Both the position numbers and the translations under genes were made by a program. From the NCBI GenBank assembly GCA_051362555.1, contig CM120641.1, forward strand, positions 41,794,401 to 41,858,400: a stretch of 64,000 nucleotides of DNA, given 5' to 3'. This DNA is from Lingula anatina. Taxonomy: Eukaryota; Animalia; Brachiopoda. Below are positions 24,973-39,700 of the stretch, one piece after another. The notes beneath the pieces are model-generated. The model ran no database searches, was not told where the DNA came from, and saw nothing but the letters and a program-made list of their open reading frames with translations. Numbering within the stretch: position 1 is the first letter of the stretch; every line of letters begins with the position of its first letter.

Positions 24973-27900
24973 CAAGTATTCTTTCCTTTAAGTGGCTGAA
25001 TGCAAGGACAGTGGTCATCTTGGACAGGTCAGAGCAGCTCCATGTGGTGGATGTAAGAAGTGAAGAAGAATTGGAGGTATGGCCACTATTCTTGAACATT
25101 TGTGTCAACTGTAAAAAAAGTGTATTGAAGGTTTAAATTGACAGTTTAAATTAAAGCCAATTAGTTTCTAAACTGATGCTTACATTTACAAATGTTTTTA
25201 GCCAGATCGAACTGCAAAAGTATTGAAAATGTTTTTAAGTTGCACTTCCTTCCATGAGGCTAACAAGTCGCAGACAGATGCAGAAATTTGCGGAATAACT
25301 GTTTGGATTTGTTTCATTTCTTGGTCTATTTCTGGAGAATGATTAAGGGAAAAATGGAAATATACCCAAAGTTAAGGGCAATTTTCCCCTCCCCTTCCCT
25401 TGATCCCACCTTTACAAGCTCATTCAATGTGTGTAACGAACAGATGACCCGCAGACTTACTGATCCTCAGACTAAATATGGCCAACCCCACTTTTAAGCA
25501 AGCTGCCTAATCCCCTGCTTCCACATGTGTTATTAAACAGATTAAATCTTGGCTCCCAGGTTTAATTGCTAGGCCCCTGGGACGATGTGTGTGTAGGCAG
25601 ATTAGTCAGCATTGCTTCTAAGTGGGTTAACCATATTAATCTGTGGATCATCTGTACTGAATGCAACCAATATGTAAGGTAGATGCATCTGTTAGTCTGC
25701 AGATCTACTTGCTCTTAATGCACTCACTGACTTCTCTCCTGTCCAACAGGTGCTGGATGTAGGGGAGGTGCAGCTGGTCTATGGCAGCAGTTACTTCAAG
25801 TCTCTAGCCACTGGAGGCAATGTTAGCAAGGCCCTGGTGAGATTACTGATATTAATAATAATTATAAGAATAATTTTCAAATAATATTTTGTTAAATAGT
25901 TACAATATAAATGGTATCACAAATAATAAATCACATATCAGTAATTCACACTTTTAATTTGATAAAGTATATACTAACCTAATGGATTATGCCAAAGATA
26001 TAATGACCAAAAATGCCAATTCTTTCATCAAAATTTTGTTTGTATCATAGGCATATGCGGGAGACTCGGCCTGTTATCAGTCACTGGTCAGTTACAGTGG
26101 TCAGCTGTTACTACTGGGCACTAAGAGTGTCCACTGTTACACTCTCAGGAACTGGACAGAAGTAAGGGACTGTATTATATATATTTTAATAATTATATAT
26201 ACTGAACAAAAATATAAACGCACAAAACTAAAATGGTCAATTGAAATGGATAATCATGAAATATGCCCAGGTTGATGGTTCATTTGTGAACTGATGGATT
26301 TGTTTTCATCAAGTATAGTGGTCTGGTTTCACTTGGCCGGTCCCCGTGAGTATACTCAAAGGTTCAGTTTTTACACCCATAAGACTAATAGAGCAAGACG
26401 GAGTAGAGGTCAATCTGCAAGACCAATACTCGGACACTCTCTACCGTCTAGGCAATAAAAGGACACACCAAAATGTGTATTTCTGCCACTTGTCAACATG
26501 CCACAGATGCCTGGAACCATGAGGGAGCATGCCATCAGCATGCTCAATGCTGGCTTGTCAGTAACAGAAGTTGCAGCATGCCTGAATGTGCATCATTCCA
26601 CTGTCAGCCGTCTGGGAACACGCTTCAGAGACACTGGCAGCATTAGGAACCACCCTCATGCACCATGTCGCCCAACAAACACCTGTGGAATGTTCTGGAT
26701 CAGTGTTTTCAGCCATCATGTTCCAGCTCTCTAAAAATGTTCGACAACTGCAAGAAGCACTCCAGGAGGAATGGGATAATATCCCTTAGGCCTCTATTGA
26801 CAACTTATTGATGTACATGCGCCGCTGGTGTATTGCTTTGCACAAATTTAATGGTGTCTGTGAACTCAGGATGTTGACCCCATGGTGTATTTGATGCCCT
26901 AACTCTTGGACTATGCATTTAAACTTCCCCTAATGCTCTCAAAGTGATGTCTATTTGTCGAGAAAAATATTAATGCTGTTATTTTTGGCTATATACTCTA
27001 GTTCCATATATGAAAAAAAATCTACATATTCTTTCGTGCGTTTATATTTTTGTTCAGTATATATTGTTACTTTAAAAGCCTGTCCTTGTGCTGGAGTTTA
27101 TGACAAATTACATTTCATCGTACATTCGTCCTTTTGAGTTTCAGTTCACTATAGCTAGTAGATTAGGAGGATTGTAAAAATAAATTATCCTGCTTATTGC
27201 CCCTATTCATGAGAAAAGGATGACCAAGTGTTAGTATTAATAAAACTCCTTTCTTTCAGAGAATAGATGTTCTAGTTAGACAGGGAAGGACTAGAGATGC
27301 CCTATCCCTGGCTTACTCTTTCTATCAAGACAAAGCCAAGGCAGTGGTGGGTTTACTGGGAGGACTACAGAAGAGGAGGCAGGTGGTTGCTGACAAGGTA
27401 ACTCTTCTGGGCTTGTACAATATTCAATATTGGGTCTAAAATATGCCTTTTGAATATAGAAAATAGAAAAAATATTGAGTATATTGAAATATTATTTTCA
27501 ATTTTTTCCAGTTTTTAATTAATAGAATTTTCAACTTGTTGAAAAAAGTCTTTTCTGCTAAATTAATGTAAAATTGATCATGTTAGAAATTCTGAATCAA
27601 TTATTATATAGAAATCAATGTTTAATTTTTAGGCATCATTTAGGAATTTTACTAATTCTTTAATTTGCTTTCATTATATACTTATGTAAGTGTTGTAACA
27701 TGGATGGTTCATTCCACAATGTCCAATGAATTCAAATTTATCCATGAGGTTAATTTTCATCAATTCAAATCACTTGCAGATGATGGAGCTGTTGTATAAG
27801 TTTGTAGACAAAGCAGTTACAACAGACTGCCCTGAGTCTGGGAAGATGGAAGAACTGGAGGAATACTTCCAGGTAGGAATGGTGCTGACATCTATTTATT

Positions 27901-30900
27901 AAATGTAGAACTAAGACAACTACAGTGCTGACATCTATGTAGTGTGCAATAGGCTTCAGTAAAGAACTAAAACTAGAATGGTGAAAAAACTGGAAGAATG
28001 TATGCAGGCAGGTATCATAAGTTTAATTGTAAAGTAAAAACCTGTCACAGAAATGTATTCAGACATTATTTTAGCTCTCTGATTAAGAAAGTTTTTACTG
28101 CTTCCACCAACTTAAATGCAATAATAGCCTGCTCAATTAACCATTGGTCCCAATCCAAATTGCCAGCAGAATTAGAGCAGGACCAGAAATTAAAAAAAAT
28201 ATTTGGTTACTGGCCACTGTTACTGCATTAGGCCAGGAGATTATTCGACCTTCTTGGCTCTGAGGACAAGTAGGCAATAGAGTTTTTGGTGCAGGGTGAT
28301 TAAAGACATCTCTTGGTTCCTTTCTAAACACTGTGTATCAGTGCATTCATTTAACTTTTACTATTTTAATTGCAGAGTGTGGTTCCAGTCTGTGTGGATT
28401 ACTGCTTGTTGCTGGGGAAAACGTAAGTAATAAGGTGTATTCATGGAATAATTCTGCAGTTGATTATAACCAGTGGAAGTTCATTTCAGATATGTTTATG
28501 TAAAGGCTACCACAGGCCTTCCCAACTACCAGATTCGGCACCTACGGGTCCAGAATAAACCGGTATATCTGACCACACTACCCGTTTTCAAGGTGTGTGT
28601 CAGATCGCATAAAAGAGTATCATACCCTATCACAAATTCTGTAAGCCTACCTGTCATCCAGGTATCGCGCCTCGTTTTCGTCAAGTAGGAGTTGTATGAA
28701 TACAACAGACGACTCCCTCAATCAGGGGGTGGAAACGCGCGACTTATATGATTAAGACGAGCCTAGCCGTCAGTACCGGTTATTGTTTTGTGACCTTGAG
28801 GAGCAATTAGATTTGGTCGTTGCGGCACGCATGAACAGTAGTTGAACTACCACACCTCGGTCTTTTGTTTTTGACAACTGTTCACTCGTCATCGAGGCGC
28901 TTGTTCAAGACTACAGGCTGATATCTACTAGTACTACCAGTGGCTTCATAAGTAACGTTCCCACAATACTTAAGTTTTCTGTCTGTGCGTACAAACCCTG
29001 AAAAAGGACAGCCTCGCTGACGAGAACAATGGACGTTTCTCACCCCTCTCTAGGATTACCCCTGCCCTCAATCTCGTCCATCCCGGTAGTCATGAAAATA
29101 TTTAACCCCCGACAGAATATGCTTCCGCTATCAAAATTGGGTCTACTTTTCTAAATTAATATATAAGTTTGCAAGTTCTTATTTACAAAACATCATTGGC
29201 TATGTCCGAACCTAAATTTTATGTTAAAAATTGCGGTACTGTCAGATTTTAGCATAAACAGAAAATTGCAGCAGCGCATGAATCTAGATGAGATGCACTA
29301 CTTTCCAACCCCGCTTAGGATCATTGCTATCACATCGCGCACCAGGCAAAATCGGTGTGGTGGCTGATACTCTGTAATGCGATCTGACACACACCTTGAA
29401 AACGGGTAGTGTGGTCTGATAAACCAGTTTATACTGGACCCGTAGGTGCCGAGTCTGGTAGTTGGGAAGGCCTGTACCAGCAGTGTTACATGTAACACTG
29501 GAGCTATGCTAAATGTTAGTGAATTTGAAAACAGACCTTAAAATGCATTGTGGTTTTGTAAATATTACTTCGGGATCACTTATGTTTTATATAAAGAGAT
29601 TTCTGTAAAGTATGGTGACAAACAAAAAAATGAAATTTACATTTTCCTGTGGCCCTGCATTATCTATTAGCATCTTGCTTTCTCTCACTCAGGGAGGTCT
29701 TGTTCAGCGCCATCTATGACCAGTTTAGTCTAGACCCCACAGCACGAGGAGTGTTCCTGGAGTGCCTGGAGCCATATATCCTGAGTGACCAGTTGACCCA
29801 CATTACACCAGTGGTCATGAAGGCATTTATTGACCACTACCAGTCCAGAGGCATGCTGCAGAGTGTGGAGGCCTGCATTGTCCACATGGATGTAGGCAGC
29901 TTAGATATACACCAGGTACATGGCTTGTAGAAAATTCATTATTGACTGTGAAATATGCCTCTTGACTAAATTTTATCTGTATTTTTGGGGGGTTGTTTAA
30001 ATTGTATTTAGAGTCAGGCTAATCCTTCTCCACATTTGTTTTAATAAGATATTATAATTATGTTGCATTGTAAATTTTGCCTTATTGAATTGACTTGTAA
30101 CAGCGTAAATAAGCATGTAACATAAGGAAAGACTTACTGAATTATTTTTAAATACTCATGTCGTGCTCCTTAGTAAATATGGATAAACTGTTTTAATAAC
30201 CATTGAAGTCCATGCTTAAATCTTTGAAATCTCTTTATATCACATCCAGTTCATTTTCTGTTTCTAACAAATCCCAGAATTAAATGTAATTTGTGGGTTA
30301 TTAGAAAATTTTAGAAATTAAGGATATTGTGTATTTGTATTAATTTTTTTCTCCAGATTGTGATCCTGTGTTGGAAGCATGGTCTATATGATGCCATCCT
30401 GTATGTATACAACCATGGCATGAGAGAGTTTGTGACACCTCTCGAGGAACTCCTTCGTATTCTCAGGGCAGCTGTCTCCACAGGAAAACAGCTCACAAAC
30501 GATGAGATACGCCTCGGTAACAAGCTGTTAGTCTATATCAGTTGCTGTTTGGCTGGGAGGGCGTACCCAATGGGAGATATTCCTGACGATATCGTCCAAT
30601 CAGTGAAGGACAGTGTTTTTCATTGTTTGACCGCTCTGCATACGAAGGATGGGGCTGAGAATGAGGCTATGTATCCGCAGTTACGGACATTGTTGTTGTT
30701 TGATACCAGAGAGTTTCTGAATGTTCTTGCTTTGGTGAGAAATCTTCCTGTCTTACAGTTTAAAACCTTGGAGACACATTGCATGTAATTGATAAATTCA
30801 AAAACTTGAGAAAGTAATTTAGACTTAAAAGATGAATTTGTAAAAAAACTAAAAGAATACAGCATGTTCATGTGGTAGTGGTAGCTCCTTAACTGATAAA

Positions 30901-33900
30901 AGCTTCTGTAAGTACATATATAATGATGTGCATTACATTTAATTTGAATTCCATTATTATTTCATTACATTTTTTCTTATTTTATTTAAATATATTTCTT
31001 TTGAAAAATTTAATGACTGTTCCAGGCTTTTGAAGAAGCAGAGTTTAACACTCGTGATGGGTGAGTTGATTGTCACTGAAACAGTTCTTTGCACAAGATT
31101 CCTAAATATGTGGTCACATATATGTAGCCTTTTCATCAGGAAAGGATAGTATTTACGAAGCAATATGCAGATGATATGATATGATACTGGTGCATTTTGT
31201 GTATTTTACACATTGATAACAAAGGATTGCATGAGCTACATGTATGTTTCTATCTATATTTGAAATAAGGAAACTGTAACAGAAACAGAATGAAAATTAG
31301 CCCTTAACATCATTACATGCTTAATTACATTTTTTGGTAGATTTTAACACTTTTCCTGTATCACTAATTAAAGGTAAACCACAGCTAAAACCACAGCTAG
31401 GTCTTTTAGTTTGTAGAACTTTTGTTATTTTTGAGTCACAGAGACTGGTCAATTTAAATTTTTTTCCAGTGTACATAAAAGGCAGCGAGTGGTGGACATT
31501 CTACTGAAGGTGATGGTAGAGAGTGAGGGTTTCTCAGTAAGTAGTTACATACTAGCATGTTTTTCAGAACACAGTCAGATTATACCATTACTTTTCAACT
31601 CTTGTGCATGAAGGATAGCATTTAGTTTTTCATCATGACAAATCTTAAGTTTTGCATAGTGCTCCCACAAATCTGATGGTCATACAGTATTGCAGCCATT
31701 TGATACATGTTCTTGCAGCCATTTGAAACATGTTTATGCAAAATGTTCTGTGTATAATACTAAACAAGACGTCTTGATTATCATCAACTTAGTGTAAATA
31801 TCAGTGTTGTTTTAATTACCTGTTGTCAGCCCAGACTGTAAAAGTAATATTGTTTTACCTTTTATTAGCCCAGCCAGGTAGGCATATTATTCACATTCCT
31901 GGCCAGGCAGATGGCGAGACATGAGAACACAATCTTTGTTGACAGGGTGCTATTTGAACAGGTATTGTATCTTCATTTGGAGATGTACAAAATAAAATTG
32001 ATTTAGTTCATTTTTTCATTGCAGTGGTTTATAAAGTAAATTTGTTTATATTTTGCAAGGCTTGCGTTTTTTCAAAAGTCTGTAAGAAAAATGTACAAAT
32101 TAATTTGACAGTGGTTTGCATTTTTTATTTTTCTTTTTGTTACAAATTAGTATATAGAAATTGAATTCTTAATGTACAATGCAGTAGAATATCGGCCACA
32201 GAAAGTAGACCAGCAGTAGTAGTAAAAATGCTTTAAAAAAAAAAATTTTTTTTCAAGGTGCTAGAATTCCTGTCCCAGCCAGGAGATGACAACAGACATG
32301 AAGAGAGACAGCAGGCATTGCTGGAACTACTCAATGCTGGGGGTCTGCAGCAGTTTGATGATGGCCGTCTGCTGCATTTGGCTGAGAATGCAAAATTGTA
32401 ATTGAATATAAGGCTTTATTAAGTTCATTAGATTTATGAAGACAAAAGAGAAAAAAATTATAGAGAAATTTTTATGACATTGCTATTTATTTTGGAATTT
32501 ATTTGTTACGTTGTTTTGAATTAAGGATAAACCACTGGGATCATGTATGTTATTAGGGTTAAGGAGAAGGAAAAGCAGAATTTTTGAAATTTTAAACTTG
32601 AATTAATATAAATTTGTGTATTTTTCCTCCAGTTATCGAGTTTGCGAACTGTTATATGAAAGGCGTCGAGAGTTTGACAAGATTTTATCCTGTTATTGGA
32701 GAGACCAGGCAAGAAAGGTAAGAAGTGTTGTTCTATCAGCGACATTATGTGACTATCATAATATTTGTAAGCACAGTCCTTCCAAAATCCTGTTTCATCT
32801 TTCTTCAGCTTGTGAGACCTCCCAGAGTTAAGACTTCTGCCAAGTAAAAGGTCAAAAAGATCTTATTTTTTTAAGTATTTGAAACCAACATTCAGTTTGA
32901 ATTGTAATTGCTTCTTTTTCTTTTGAATAACTGAATATCCTGAAAATATTCCTTTCCAGCATCAAGCATTTTCCTATGTGAAGAACATCATGACAAGTGA
33001 GGCATTTTCCACAGAAGAGAAACTGAAAGTACAGTCAGAAGCTTTGAGTCATTTGGAGGTTGGGTTTAATTGTTTGTTTTTGTCCACATTTTTTACTACT
33101 ACAGAGAACAGAGTGTAAACAATATCAGCGAATAATATTAGTACATGTAAGAGTTGAACACTCTAGATGTAACTTATCATGTTACAAATTCAACCCTGAG
33201 AGTTTTTCACATGAATTTTAGAATTGTAGTAGAGTGACGTAACAGCTCACGTACCCAAAATACATGTAAACATTTCTGTTTTGAACATTGCAATCTCATT
33301 AATCGACTGGGTGATATAGGTGTAAATATGATAACTAGAAGTTTAGCTTTAATAGTTGTTTGAAGATTGCAGCTATTATTGTAACTCTAAAAAAACTGTT
33401 TTTAGTGCAAAGGACTGAACGCAGTTATGTAAATCCCTTATTTCAGGAATTGGTCAGTATAGATAGCAAGAAGACTGCCCAGATGGTGCTGCTAGGGTTC
33501 TCAACTCCTCTGGAAGAGATTTTAAAGCAACTTGAAGCAGACAAGAAGCTGCTCTATGAGTTCCTGAAAGGAGTAATAGAGTACAAGTAAGTGGGATCTC
33601 AATGTAAAACATATAGTCTCTGCTTGAGTGTTGTATCAGTTGCATTAAAGTTTCTTCTTTCTTTCTTTCTTCTTCTTAATCTTCTATAAAACATGAGCCT
33701 TTGAATACAAATGGTACTTACAGCTAATAGGTATATTGATGAGGTGAAATAATAAATTGTCTCCCATAATGAAAAATCTTTTAAGTAACCGAAGAATGAG
33801 TGGTTCTCAGAAGAATTGACAGACTCATGTTTTATACTAATAGCCTAGCTTTGGTTTTGTGCCCCTACTGTAGTTAAGTGACCATTGACCGTGGAATTTT

Positions 33901-34350
33901 TGGCATTTATCTCATCAATAAAAATTCTATGTTGTTTTTTTTACTGCAGTCCTCAGATGGCTTTTACTGATGCTGTTCAACACTTTTCACTATTTAGTTC
34001 AACTTTGTTGTAGATTGTTTCATTTGGGAGTAAGTGGCTAGACTCGTTGTCTGTGTGGGTAATGAAATGTGTCCATTGAATTATTGTATATGGCATGCAG
34101 ATTGGAAAACTCAATGATCTATTTCATATGATGTCCATCCTCTTGTCATGTTAATCAATATGCAGTACTGAAGGTAAAATCATTTTGTAGAAATTTAAGA
34201 AATGTTTTAAATTGTCCTGTCAGATGTTATTATAATGATAATCTTCAGCTATTTCTTGTCCTACCAGATGCATTCTGCTTCTATGTTTTCCTTTTACACA
34301 CACACACTCATATACACACACACAAACACACACACACACACACACATGCA

Positions 34351-34393
<43 letters not shown>

Positions 34394-35133
34394 GCACTGA
34401 CAGCCGTGTCCACTCCACTGTTTATTTACTGGTGACAAAACCAAATATGGGTTTGCTGGTATTATACCAAGTATTTGGTGATTGAAAAAAGAGATGAATA
34501 TGATTTTTAAACAAATAATGAAAAATTGGTCTAACCCACATTGTGTGACTTTAAGGCTTTGTAAAATTATATTCACATTATAAAATAAAAATAATATGTA
34601 GTTTACATTGTTTGTGTCAGGGAGTCATCTGGCAGTGCTATCCACTCAGATCGCCAAGTCCAACTGGAGCCTGCTGTACATGAGCAGTACATAGAGCTGA
34701 TGTGCCAGTACCAACCTACTGCTGTGTACAGCTATATCAAGGCAGCTGAAGGGTACAGGCTGGAGGAGACATTGGAGGTATGGTAATTACTGGAACTTTT
34801 CAAACACCCATTTTTTTATAATATTTTACTTTTTCAGGATTTATCATCATATTCATACACAAGTTTTTACTGTCTTGCATGAAGCCAAATAGCTTTTCAA
34901 AAATATTGAATCAACATTTTTTACAAAATATTTTTTGGAGAAATTATTGATACATGTGTATTAAAATGAAAATTATTGTGTAATTATGGTAGACAGTCTA
35001 CAGCTCTCACTTATTTTCATTTTACAAATAAAAATTTCAGAAAATTTATACATAGTCACAATTTTACTGAACCTGTTGATGAGTGAGTTTTTAGTGAAAT
35101 ACTATACCATGTTCTGTTATATATTCCTTTATC

Positions 35134-35185
<52 letters not shown>

Positions 35186-36640
35186 GCACACACACGTAAA
35201 TCCTTGGCATATTATTTGTTATAGAAAAAGCATACAAATAAACTAACATAGAAACTGTGTATTTCTTACAGCTGTGCAGAAAGTACAAGGTGGCTGATGC
35301 CACAGCTTTCCTGCTGGAGAAGAAAGGAGATGTCCAAGGAGCATTTAACATTAACTTAGAGGTGGGATAATGGCTGCCTATTGTCACACGAAAAAAGATT
35401 TTTACTAAAAATTACACTGTGACTTAATCTTTTATTCTGAATCACTTAACACTTTGTTCAATACAACCTAAAAACGCTGTCTCACCTTATGCAGCCAAAA
35501 ACAACGACACACTTTGTCACTTTAAGACTGGGTTCCCATACCTAGATCGATCTAACAGGATCGATCCATCTCCGAGTGGTTTGTCACTAAATTGCTTTCA
35601 GCTTAGATGTCAGGCAGGCCTAATGCAGCTGCTAATCAATTTATGAATTACCGCCTAGCAGTTTTTGTAGGCATGACAGACATCTAAGTGGCATTAGTTG
35701 ATTGCAATTTAGGAAGAACGTTGTTAAGATGAATATCTATTAAGGCTATTCTCTGTATCCAAAAAGTCACACATAGAATGGAGTTCATTTATCATTTGAG
35801 AACAATGGGACTTCAAATTTTACACATTAATTTAACCCTGCTATTTTTTCACAGACTTTACAGGCAAGACTGAAAGACATTCAGGAACTGTTGAAGTCCA
35901 CTAAAGATGAGACAAGACCTGAAAAAGGTAATTGTACCTTCGATCTATCAACATAGTTTACTCTAAATATGTATTTAACATTTATGGGCAAATGGGCACT
36001 GATATATTTCTCTTTAAATGTGTCATTGACTATAGTAATTTTTTAATTTTTTTTTTCATATACATTTCTACTAAATCATTATTTAGTTCATTTTACTGAT
36101 GGTTAATGCCCAATTTCTTACTGACTCTTACTAGTGTGGATGTAATGGTGGTTTATTTTCTTCATAATTTAGTTTTCAATCTAATATAATTAATTGTAAT
36201 ACTAAATATATTTCTGAATCATAATTTACGCCGAGTGCCAAACATGATGCTTATTATTTATATGAAATATGCACTGCAGCAATATTAATAGCAGTTTGCA
36301 AATGTCATGAATGATAAGTGCAATTGCAGTAAAACAAAAAATAAATGACCCTGTCTATTAATTGGTTTTTCCATTAACCACCCTGCAGATATATATGATA
36401 TCAATAAGCTGTTCTATTAGCCCCCCACTGTTAATTCTATTCCCAGTTGTTGGAGGCAATCAGTCAGCAGAGTGCTAGCTGCACTTCTGACTGAGCTATT
36501 TCTTAGCCTGATAATTAATAGGTCTTTCCATTTCTGATTTTAGTCATGATCATAAGTGAAAGTAAGTAGAGATTTATGCAGTGATGCTTTGTGAGTGGTA
36601 ATGTTTGTGTATTTTATAAAATCATGCTTTAAAAAAAATT

Positions 36641-36711
<71 letters not shown>

Positions 36712-39700
36712 CATTTTGTTTTAACTAATATAATAATGAAACACAAATATACTCTTTTGGAATATGCCATTTGTTCTTAAAAACTTTTATGCATTACACC
36801 TTAAGGTAAATTAATTTTTATTTCGCCAAGATGGATTATTTGAAATTAAAATCTTTTTATAACAAATTGCTTTCTGCATGTCAGTCATTTCTGTGCATGT
36901 TTGCCTACATTGTTTTCTTCCATATCCATATATATATTTTCCTTTGTGTCAACATCTTGTTTTACCCATTGTATTTACCATTGTTTTTCCTTTAAGTACC
37001 CATTGACTGCAGTAAATAATTTTTGGTTGGTATAAACTACCCATTAGAGGCATTTCCACTTTTAACATCAATATTAAATATGTTCCTTTGCTTGTTATCA
37101 TATGATAATAGTGTTTTAGTTTTTGTCTCAATTGAAAAAAAAATTTAAAGGATAAAACTCAAAAATTAGAATACATTGATATTATAAATAGTCTTTCCTT
37201 CCCTGTCAGAATTTTTTAAAATTTAAAATGTAAAAATGAGAACATTCACTATACACTTTGCTGATTTATTATTTTAAAATATATTTATATTTGGCAATTT
37301 TTCATAAATCTGAGGAATACTAATAAATCAGCAATACTTTCAGTACATGTATCTAAGCCCCCTCTCTCACCTTCAAAGGCATTCAAAGAGAAATATAACA
37401 TTATTTACCCTCATGATTATCATCACTGATAGTCTGATGTAAGTTCATAAATCCAGGTAAACATTAAAGATTAAATTGTTTTACATTCTTTTTCTCATTA
37501 TTATTAAGATCCACTAAAAGCTAATTTGAGCTCTCGATTACATCTGTCAAACTGATAACAACTACAGGTAACTTAAAGGCTCATACAAACTTTCAGTGAT
37601 ATAACCCAGAGTAAAAAAGTGTTAATCAACTTTATACCATCATAGATGTTTGCAGTGCCTGATCTTGCTATCAACAGCTTGGCAAATGGGAAAGAAGTCA
37701 AGATCAGACATTATCAGAAATTTTCTCATTACCACCTTTCACCTTTTGGATATTTTGAGAGTGGTTTGACTATGATGCATGTTTTGCTCTAAATAATTGC
37801 TCTGACTCATTCTAATCAAGTGTTATTGAGACTGAGTGCTAGGTCAAGCTGTGTTTAAGCATAAAATGGCAGTTATAATGCGTAATCATAAAGAGGGGTC
37901 AAGTTTGGTTGCCACATCAAAAGCATTCAGTTTTAATGGGATTACGGAATAAGTTTGATATATGGAAATATAGCATCTGTGAAGTTTCTTTTATGAAAGA
38001 TTTGTTCTGCATGGTTATATTTATTTATAAATTTGTTTATTTTGAAACATCCTCTGTATAGCAGCATTGACAGTGATGCAAATGCAATTAATATACAGTA
38101 TATGTCTTACTGTTCTTTTAAGGTTCCCGAATATTATAATCATTTTCATTCCTTCCACAGATGCTTGGTTTGGATGCCCCCTCTTCCTTTCTTCTCCCTC
38201 CCCCCCCCCCCCCCCTCCTCCCCTTTTTATGGAGTAAAGTGTAAGTCAGGTTACTCTGTAATATATCAATGATTTCTATTGCATAACTTCCTGGCGCAAT
38301 TGATACTGGTCTGTCTGTTTGGCAGTTATTGCAGGCACTTATTTTATTTTATTTTATTTTTTTTCAGATATCAAAGTGGCTTTCAGCTCACTGCAGGCAG
38401 TATTACTAGTCCTTATACAGCTCTGTCAGAGAAACTCCAGCAAAATTGATGAAGCTGAGAGGGAGGTGAGACTGACATGGTTTTAACAAGGTTTTATGCT
38501 AGTGTATACTCCGTTTACTGTTGAGATGCTTGGATCATCTGCTTTTGCTTTGAACTTGAAATTTAATACTTGTACATGAGCAGTATCTGTATTACAGATG
38601 ACCAGTTTTGGGCTGTGACCTCTGCTGGATGTTTTCAATTTTTCTTGGAGTTTTTTTCTCCAACTTGCCTGCAAACTCTTATCTTATCTAAATGCAATTG
38701 TCAGTTGATCTATTAAACAGTCTGCTAATATGTAGAACACAACATATTCAGTTATGTTGTTAATCTTGTCCCATTTATCTGATTTGGGCATCTTTCGTCA
38801 TATTAACTTGAGGATTCTTATAGTTTTTGTGAAGAATTTATGGTATTCATTTATGACCTTTGTTATTCATTTATGAATTTTCATGAGTAGTTATATCTTT
38901 TGTTTCCCCAAGTCCTGCAATATTTACTTAATTGCAAGTTCAGTTTATAAAGAGTATAGGGTCCAACCATTCAAAAGAAACACCTAGAATGTTTAAGCAA
39001 AGTTTATATGAAGGTTTATATGCCAATATTTTCTGGGGTTTTAACATATGGAAATGACTTAAATGAATATAATGTTCAAATTTACATTAATTTAGTAATG
39101 TGTACTACAGAGGCCAGACTTAATAACTTGGGTGTATTAATTTGACAGCCCATTCATCAGTTCACTTCTTTATAAGTTAACTTGTTTACTGGTTTTGTAA
39201 TATCCAGGGAATTCAAAGTAATTCATCCCTTGAAAGGTCACATCACTCTGCCAACCTTAAAATTCTCTCTGATCATGAAAGATCACATCTGTTGAAAGGT
39301 TTTTTAGGGAGAGCTGAACTATTATACTATACAATGTTTACCATGGTGTCCTGTTCCATGCTTGTTTTTATCAAAAAATGTTTGGTAAAGGGTGTGGAAG
39401 CCTTTAAATTTGCTGATACACTTTAGAATGATTAAACTACAATTTATTTACTTTTCTCACACTTACATAGGAATATAAATACTGTCTGTTTAAATTTAAA
39501 TTTTGACTATAATTTACTATGGCTTAAGATAATGCAAAAAGGAAATATTTTTGTAGAGTGGTTACTGATTTGGTGAAAAAGTTGCTCTTTAGTTAAAACA
39601 TGAACAAGTATTTTCATATCAGCATTTGGCCAGCTGGACTGTGATACTGTGTGTAATGAACTTTATTGCACGGTTGTTGCTTATTTTCAACATAGAATTT

